DNA of 64,000 nucleotides from Pseudomonadota bacterium (GTDB lineage Bacteria; Pseudomonadota; Gammaproteobacteria; JAIEPX01): NCBI GenBank assembly GCA_029777855.1, contig JAKORL010000170.1, positions 1,169 to 65,168 of the forward strand, read 5' to 3'. Shown piece by piece: positions 58,387 to 64,000 of this stretch (position 1 is its first letter; each line of letters starts with the position of its first letter). The notes under the pieces were generated by a model. It saw only the letters and a program-made list of their open reading frames with translations, ran no database searches and was not told where the DNA came from. The position numbers and the translations under genes were made by a program.

Positions 58387-60528
58387 TCAAGCTGACTTCC
58401 TATTAGAAGGCGCCTCTTGCACTTGCACCTCAAATTTTTTCGAATTCTCTTGGAAGAATTTCTTTAATTTATTGTTATTTGCCATTGAAACCAATGGAAC
58501 TTTTTGGGTTTTAATCGCTTTAACGAGTAGTTTTTCACATCGATCAAGAGCTGCAAACATTTCATGCTGCGGATTTTCTTTTTCTTTTCCCTCTCGTTTT
58601 TGTTGTTGATATTCCAAATAATATGAGCTAATTTTTATTAGATCAATATTTTTCCTTAAAACATTCTTACCTGTTTCAATTACACTAAATTTTTCTCCAT
58701 CATCTGCAAGGCATCTGAAACAACTATCAGTTAGTAATTGTGATAAATGTTGCGAAGCAATATTAAAATTTTCGTTTATTTTATTCCAATGGCTTCTTTG
58801 AATATCGATATAGCCCCCTGCACCTTTTTGAATTGTACTCAATCTGCCAAAATCGGTCTTAAGATCATTGTAAAACTTTTCAAACTCTGCGTCGTTTAAT
58901 TTTAATGGAGCAGCGCCTATTTTATCGCCTTTTTTCAATCGTTCTACTCTTTCTATGAATCCTCTACCTACTCTAAAATCATCCTTACCCAATATTATTG
59001 TATCCATTGATTCTTCTTTAGATTCGAGTGATTCTTTAGCCTTTTTCGCCAAACTCACCATTCCATTATTAAATTCGGTAGAATTCTTCATTTGATTTAC
59101 TTGAAACATGATGGCTTTTTGTATAATGGATGCTGGAATAGGTACTTTACTTTTTTCTGACGCATTCAATATTTTATCTAGCCTATCGATCATTAATACT
59201 GCTTTTTTCTGATCTTTTGTACCTCTCCCTGAATCTTTTACAAATTTATAGGCCGGGCTATTTTTAACATCTGCTATCGCTTTTTTCAGTCGCTCTGTGC
59301 TATCAACCGAGTAGGGAGCATTAATTACATTCTGCATTTCTGTAAATACATTTGACGCAGGGTAAGTAAATTTTTGACTGTGAGAAAGTCCTGGGTTTAT
59401 CTCAACAGAATAACTGATCGTTTCTAATTTAGCGCCCTTTTCTGTGGGTACTAATCTTGCTTTATAATGGTATCTAACCAACGGAGGGCTTTCCTTAGGT
59501 TCGCTTCCAAGTTCATATAATTCAACCTGACCACTTTGGTTGCATGCTATTAGTCCTTCTGCATCCATCCCACGCCCCTTGCTCATAACACGAATATTTA
59601 AATTCAATTCAAGTATACATTCCCCTTTCTCATCAATACCCCATTTCATCTCAAATTGAGGAGTTCCGTGCAGTGAAGTTTGAACTCCTTTATATTGGAT
59701 ATTATGATACATATCATCTGTAAACATAGTCGTCATTTCTTGTCCGCTGTTTATAATGAATTTATATAGCTTGAATTTATCAGAATCTGGGTTCTCATCT
59801 TTGCGCATACCTAGAAACTCTTTAACAATATTTGCAACAGCCTCTTTTTTTTCATCTTCTTTCAAATCTCCAAAATTACTTGGAAGATCTTTACGTGATT
59901 TTTGTCCAATTAAATATGCACCTATTCCACGCGAGAAATCTATAAGGAACTGTCCACGTTCATCCATCAAGCCATCCCCTTTTTCAGTTTTTCGGGGTTG
60001 ACCTTTCTCATCTAACACGCCTGTTTCGGTGTAAGCGATAATTTTTTTAATTTCGTCTAGCCCGGGATTTTCTACTTTTTCTAAAATAGGCTGCGTTCCC
60101 TCCTCCTTTGGTATAGGTGCAGAACCTGTTTCTGCCTCAGGGACAGTAGACGCTCCTAATTCTTCACTAAGTTTCTCCACTATTACTTCTGTTCCACCCA
60201 TCCTTTGAATTTCTTCAGGTGTGAGAGGTAACTCTTCGGGCTCAACTATTACTTCTGTTTCACCCAATTTTTGAGTTGCGCCAGGTGCGGAGGGTAGATC
60301 TTTGGATGGTTTTAAATAGTTTAATAGATTTCCTTTCATTTCAGATAATCTTTTTTGATAATTCTCGATAATCTCTAATTCTTTCATTTTGATTTCAGAC
60401 GATTCTATTCTCTGATACAACGCTTTAATTTCATCAAGATCCGGTTTAGTCTTGATCTCTTCTAATAATTGATCATAGTGTCGCTCAAGCACATGAAACG
60501 CTATTTCAGCATTTTCTTTCTCATTCAT
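58387..60528 (-). CDS. 713-aa orphan protein, coiled-coil N-terminus; effector candidate
   Basis: GGAGAG SD. Internal duplication G(E/G)TEVIVE(P/K), with a 22-bp direct repeat near 60179 and 60246. No enzymatic motif recognised. Confidence 0.6.
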   Translation of the reverse strand: MNEKENAEIAFHVLERHYDQLLEEIKTKPDLDEIKALYQRIESSEIKMKELEIIENYQKRLSEMKGNLLNYLKPSKDLPSAPGATQKLGETEVIVEPEELPLTPEEIQRMGGTEVIVEKLSEELGASTVPEAETGSAPIPKEEGTQPILEKVENPGLDEIKKIIAYTETGVLDEKGQPRKTEKGDGLMDERGQFLIDFSRGIGAYLIGQKSRKDLPSNFGDLKEDEKKEAVANIVKEFLGMRKDENPDSDKFKLYKFIINSGQEMTTMFTDDMYHNIQYKGVQTSLHGTPQFEMKWGIDEKGECILELNLNIRVMSKGRGMDAEGLIACNQSGQVELYELGSEPKESPPLVRYHYKARLVPTEKGAKLETISYSVEINPGLSHSQKFTYPASNVFTEMQNVINAPYSVDSTERLKKAIADVKNSPAYKFVKDSGRGTKDQKKAVLMIDRLDKILNASEKSKVPIPASIIQKAIMFQVNQMKNSTEFNNGMVSLAKKAKESLESKEESMDTIILGKDDFRVGRGFIERVERLKKGDKIGAAPLKLNDAEFEKFYNDLKTDFGRLSTIQKGAGGYIDIQRSHWNKINENFNIASQHLSQLLTDSCFRCLADDGEKFSVIETGKNVLRKNIDLIKISSYYLEYQQQKREGKEKENPQHEMFAALDRCEKLLVKAIKTQKVPLVSMANNNKLKKFFQENSKKFEVQVQEAPSNRKSA

Positions 60529-60588
60529 GACTTCTCTCCACTCTTTATGCTCTACTTTAAGTATAGCTTATTCTAAAGAAGTGGTGGG

Positions 60589-60993
60589 TCAGATAACCTT
60601 AGGCCAGCGGGCAAAAACAGCGTCGCTGCGCTCCGGAGCGATGGTGACAATGTACACACGAAGTTCTTGATCTAGACGGGCCAAAAGACCTTGCAGCGCC
60701 TGGTTTTTCAGCAATTTAAAGTAATGTGCCCGCCCTTCAAAATCGACTTCAGAAAAACCATGGGCAGGAATTTTGACGGGCTTTGGAAAAAACTCGTCCC
60801 ACTTACCTTCTGCAATCGATTCCAAACGCGCCCAACCGCCCAGCGGCAATTGCCCTTTCTGCAATTGGCGACGCCCCCACGGCAGCCACATTACCCCGCC
60901 GGCCTTCAATAAAACCGGTAATTTTGATTGCGATTGATTAAACTCAATCTTTAATGTTTGATGCGCCCCTGGATAAAAAATAGCCTGACACAT
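60589..60993 (-). CDS. 134-aa protein starting Met-Cys, possibly a compact SRAP (YedK/HMCES-like) relative
   Basis: Strong GGAGGAGGG SD. MCQ.. N-terminus, with the pattern LPWG..(L)GGWARLESI..F..PVKIPAHGFSE..IVT... This loosely parallels YedK WGL..NARAET..RCL.PADGF.EW as I remember it. It is much shorter than canonical SRAPs. Confidence 0.35.
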   Translation of the reverse strand: MCQAIFYPGAHQTLKIEFNQSQSKLPVLLKAGGVMWLPWGRRQLQKGQLPLGGWARLESIAEGKWDEFFPKPVKIPAHGFSEVDFEGRAHYFKLLKNQALQGLLARLDQELRVYIVTIAPERSDAVFARWPKVI

Positions 60994-61110
60994 GCCCTCC
61001 TCCCCTTTTGCCCAGGAGACTCTCTACTGAGAATTACAATAGTGCCAAATCTCCATGTCGATACAAGACCATTATAGAGCATATTATGAGAACATTCAAT
61101 AGGGATGGGG

Positions 61111-61365
61111 TCAGCTTTTATTTTTGCTTGCAGCTTTTGCTATCCCTGCTTCCATCTCTTTGAGAGACTTTCTTTTGCCTCAATACCCTGCACAGCCAAT
61201 GACGTCATCAATCGTCAATTGACTATAAGGTTTTGCGGGCTTAAGTAGTATTCCATCATCTTGCTCAACAACAAGAAATTTATCACCACTATGCCAGCCA
61301 TGTGCCTGAGGTATCGTTTTGGGTATGATTAATTATCCTTTGCTCGAAAGAACTGTAAATTGCAT
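61111..61365 (-). pseudogene. AbrB/MazE/SpoVT-type antitoxin gene with two in-frame stops
   Basis: GGAG SD plus ATG at 61365. Translation: MQFTVLSSKG-TAA(61333..61335)-LIIPKTIPQAHGWHSGDKFLVVEQDDGILLKPAKP..GCAGY-TGA(61180..61182)-GKRKSLKEMEAGIAKA... The SKGQ.IPK..R....G looped-hinge pattern is clear. No toxin gene follows. Confidence 0.6.
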
Positions 61366-61462
61366 GATCAACTCCAAAAGTAAGACTACGGTAAGAATTT
61401 TAGACTATAGCCAAGCCTATCGCAGGTACTAGAAGAATCAACGGGAAAAATCTCTAATTCCT

Positions 61463-62686
61463 CTAATGGATAACAGTCGCCGCAGAATCTGCAAAAGCTT
61501 TAGACGGTGGCTGGAAGTACCGATATAAAATCATGACCAAAAGAACCAGTGAACTTAATCCCAGCATTGTTAGAGATAAGGGCACAGTTGAAGTGACTGA
61601 CCAATGCATGACAACAGTACCAAAAATGGCGGCACATAAAAATTCTAAACAACCGACTAATGCGACTGCCAATCCAGCGGAATCTTTAAAAGGCTCTATA
61701 GCGCCACTGCCGCCCGCACCCAGCATAAAAGCCCCGCCAATGCCAGCTAACATACAAGGTAATAAATATTGCGCAGTGCTAATACCACTAATCAAGTACC
61801 AAAGAAGCATGATTACTCCGGCTAGCAATAACATACAGGAGCCAGCAATTACTGCTTTAAATGGGCCGATTCTGTAAGCAATCTTGCCGCAAATTAAACT
61901 GCCCAAGAAAAATGTTGCGCCAACAGTAAAAAAATAATATCCAAAGTATTTAACTGGTGCATGTAATAAATTAATAATAATATAAGGTGAACTAGAAAAA
62001 AACACAAAAAAGGTCATTAATCCTGCTGTTCCACTGAATGCATAAGACATAAAAGTACCATTTTTCACTACCTTCCAATAGCGATAAAACACATCCGCTT
62101 TAATCTTTACTCGATTTTCTATTGGCAAAGTCTCATTCATTCTGAAACACGCAGTAAAAAATATGATAACACCCATTATTGTTAAAAAGATAAACCCTGC
62201 TCGCCAGCCAAACCAATCATACAAATAACTTCCAATAATTGGTGCAAATAGTGGTGACATTCCAATAGCACAATTAAGAAAACTATAGACTTTAGCCAAC
62301 TCATTTCCAGAAAATTGATCACGTACTGCAGCAAAAGAAACAACAAGCATCCCACAACCACCAAATGCCTGAATCACTCGCGCAGCAATTAATAGTTGAA
62401 TAGAGTTAGCCATTGCACAGAGCCCAGAGCCAAAAACAAAAAAAGCCACACTGAGTATCGCGATGCGGCGCCGACCAAATTGATCTGTGATAGGGCCAAA
62501 AACCAATTGACCAATTCCTGTCATAAACATAAAGAGACTCAACGTGAGCTGGATATTTTCTTGAGTGGTGTTAAGCACTTCTTTCATTTTAGGAATAGCA
62601 GGAATATAGATATCCATCGCAAAAGCAAAGCTAAATACAAATGGTGCTAAAAGCAGAATGGTTGAGATAACCTTTTTTTGACTCAT
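61463..62686 (-). CDS. MFS transporter, Bcr/CflA-type drug/proton antiporter
   Basis: 407 aa, 12 predicted hydrophobic spans, and the MFS motif GPITDQFGRRRI after TM2. Confidence 0.8.
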   Translation of the reverse strand: MSQKKVISTILLLAPFVFSFAFAMDIYIPAIPKMKEVLNTTQENIQLTLSLFMFMTGIGQLVFGPITDQFGRRRIAILSVAFFVFGSGLCAMANSIQLLIAARVIQAFGGCGMLVVSFAAVRDQFSGNELAKVYSFLNCAIGMSPLFAPIIGSYLYDWFGWRAGFIFLTIMGVIIFFTACFRMNETLPIENRVKIKADVFYRYWKVVKNGTFMSYAFSGTAGLMTFFVFFSSSPYIIINLLHAPVKYFGYYFFTVGATFFLGSLICGKIAYRIGPFKAVIAGSCMLLLAGVIMLLWYLISGISTAQYLLPCMLAGIGGAFMLGAGGSGAIEPFKDSAGLAVALVGCLEFLCAAIFGTVVMHWSVTSTVPLSLTMLGLSSLVLLVMILYRYFQPPSKAFADSAATVIH

Positions 62687-62715
62687 TGACGTCTCCTTTG
62701 TGGTAATATCATTCC

Positions 62716-64000
62716 TTACCGACCAATACCATAGTAATGAATTTCATGTTGAGCAACCATCGCTGGGTGATAAATATTACGACCATCAAAAATCACAGGA
62801 TTTTTAAGGGTATTTTTGATTTGTATAAAATCAGGATTGGAATATTCTGCCCATTCAGTAGAAATAGCTAATGCATCTGCAGTATTTAACGCATCATAAG
62901 CAGATTGAGCATAGAAAATAGCATTATGCTCGCCCAAAACCGCTTGGGCATTTTTCATCGCAACAGGATCATGAACACGCACTCGAGCACCGGCAGATAA
63001 AAGATCTTCAATTAAGACCAGACTCGATGCTGCTCGCATGTCATCGGTGTTCGGTTTAAATGCGAGACCCCATAATGCAATCGTTTTACCTTGTAAATTA
63101 TCTTGAAAATAGTGTCGAATCTTTTCAAATAATATATGTTTTTGTTTTTCATTCACTGCTTCAACTATTTTTAATATTTCAGCTTCATAGCCCACATCCG
63201 AAGCTGTTTTTTGCAAAGCTTGTACATCTTTAGGAAAACACGAACCACCGTAACCACATCCTGCATATAAAAAATGTTCGCCGATGCGTGGATCCATACT
63301 CATTCCTCGTCGAACTTGCTCAATGTCTGCACCTAGCCTTTCTGCAATATGGCTCATCTCATTGATAAAGCTAATTTTCGTGGCTAAAAATGCGTTAGAT
63401 GCGTATTTCGTTAGTTCAGCTGAAGGTGTATCCATCACGACAAAACGTTGACCCGCATCAATTAAAGGCGTGTATAATTGACGTAGTTTTTCAGCAGCTC
63501 GCGCGGTATCAGCTCCTACAATTATTCGATCAGGATTCATAAAATCCTGAATTGCAGCACCTTCACGCAAAAATTCAGGATTGGAAGCAATATCAAATTC
63601 TATATTTTTTCCTCGGGCTTTCAATGCATCAGAAATAATATTTTTAACTTGATTAGCTGTCCCAACTGGAACAGTAGATTTATTCAAAATCAATGCATAA
63701 TTTTCTAAATTTTCCCCAATCGTTTTTGCCACTGAAAAAACGGCACTTAAGTCGGCTGCGCCATCTGCACCCGGCGGAGTACCTACAGCAATAAAAATTA
63801 TTTCAGCATTTTGTATTGCTTGAGAAGCTTCTGTTGTAAATTGAATTTGCTTTGCCGCAATATTCCGCTGCAACATCTCAGATAGTCCCGGCTCGAAAAT
63901 CGGAGACTCACCTCGATTTAACAGAGCGATTTTTTCGGCATTAATATCAACACAGCACACGTGATTTCCAATGTCTGCCAAACAAGCGCCCGTCACTAAG
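62716..64000 (-). CDS. ugd: UDP-glucose 6-dehydrogenase, 5' end outside window
   Basis: ..VTGACLADIGNHVCCVDI.., catalytic GYGGSCFPKDV. The N-terminal Rossmann GxGxxG lies beyond nt 64000. Confidence 0.88.
   Translation of the reverse strand, partial: LVTGACLADIGNHVCCVDINAEKIALLNRGESPIFEPGLSEMLQRNIAAKQIQFTTEASQAIQNAEIIFIAVGTPPGADGAADLSAVFSVAKTIGENLENYALILNKSTVPVGTANQVKNIISDALKARGKNIEFDIASNPEFLREGAAIQDFMNPDRIIVGADTARAAEKLRQLYTPLIDAGQRFVVMDTPSAELTKYASNAFLATKISFINEMSHIAERLGADIEQVRRGMSMDPRIGEHFLYAGCGYGGSCFPKDVQALQKTASDVGYEAEILKIVEAVNEKQKHILFEKIRHYFQDNLQGKTIALWGLAFKPNTDDMRAASSLVLIEDLLSAGARVRVHDPVAMKNAQAVLGEHNAIFYAQSAYDALNTADALAISTEWAEYSNPDFIQIKNTLKNPVIFDGRNIYHPAMVAQHEIHYYGIGR

Noticed and set aside
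21214-60528. C-terminal Glu-rich (E-block-like) secretion signals on the candidate effectors
   Set aside because: Some tails contain a few Glu residues (for example ..EKLKEDENKSSCVLC, ..KFEVQVQEAPSNRKSA), but the pattern is too weak and too common in an AT-rich genome to count as evidence without a trained predictor.
1-64000. tRNA, rRNA, tmRNA, RNase P, CRISPR arrays, transposases/integrases, prophage or secretion-system genes
   Set aside because: I scanned by eye for T-loop consensus (GGTTCGAAT-type), regularly spaced direct repeats and characteristic protein motifs, and found none. The search was manual, so short or divergent RNAs could have been missed.

Overview
Low-GC gammaproteobacterial chromosome segment. 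The gene content looks like an intracellular Legionellales/Coxiellaceae-type organism; this is inference, since no marker gene was searched. Three layers are interleaved.

(1) Housekeeping genes: serC-gyrA, an mtaD-like deaminase, tsaD, ispG, minC/minDE, ugpQ, ugd and an MFS exporter.

(2) Amino-acid and fatty-acid catabolism:
- HMG-CoA lyase plus acetoacetyl-CoA synthetase
- leucine dehydrogenase plus BCKDH E1a/E1b/E2
- fadE
- acyl-CoA ligase-prpB-prpC, with prpD lying separately

(3) About 26 kb (~40% of the window by my coordinates) of large orphan or eukaryote-like ORFs typical of secreted-effector repertoires:
- a 3120-aa giant with a P-loop core, divergently paired with a 1663-aa ankyrin-like protein that carries an exact 780-bp tandem triplication
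- a CE-clan (Ulp1-like) cysteine protease ending in a CaaX box
- a 1461-aa Sel1-repeat protein
- a Rab1-like GTPase lacking switch II
- a CAP/PR-1 protein
- a papain-like protease
- a 713-aa coiled-coil protein

Intergenic regions carry a family of palindromic MITE-like elements (core AAGG[G/T]GTCA[G/A]ATCTAAGAT). Two copies look like insertions into other hairpins, and one supplies the C-terminus of TsaD. Two pseudogenes carry in-frame stops: uup, and an AbrB-type antitoxin.

I found no tRNA, rRNA, CRISPR array, transposase or secretion-system genes. Coordinates I derived by hand may be off by 1-2 nt.
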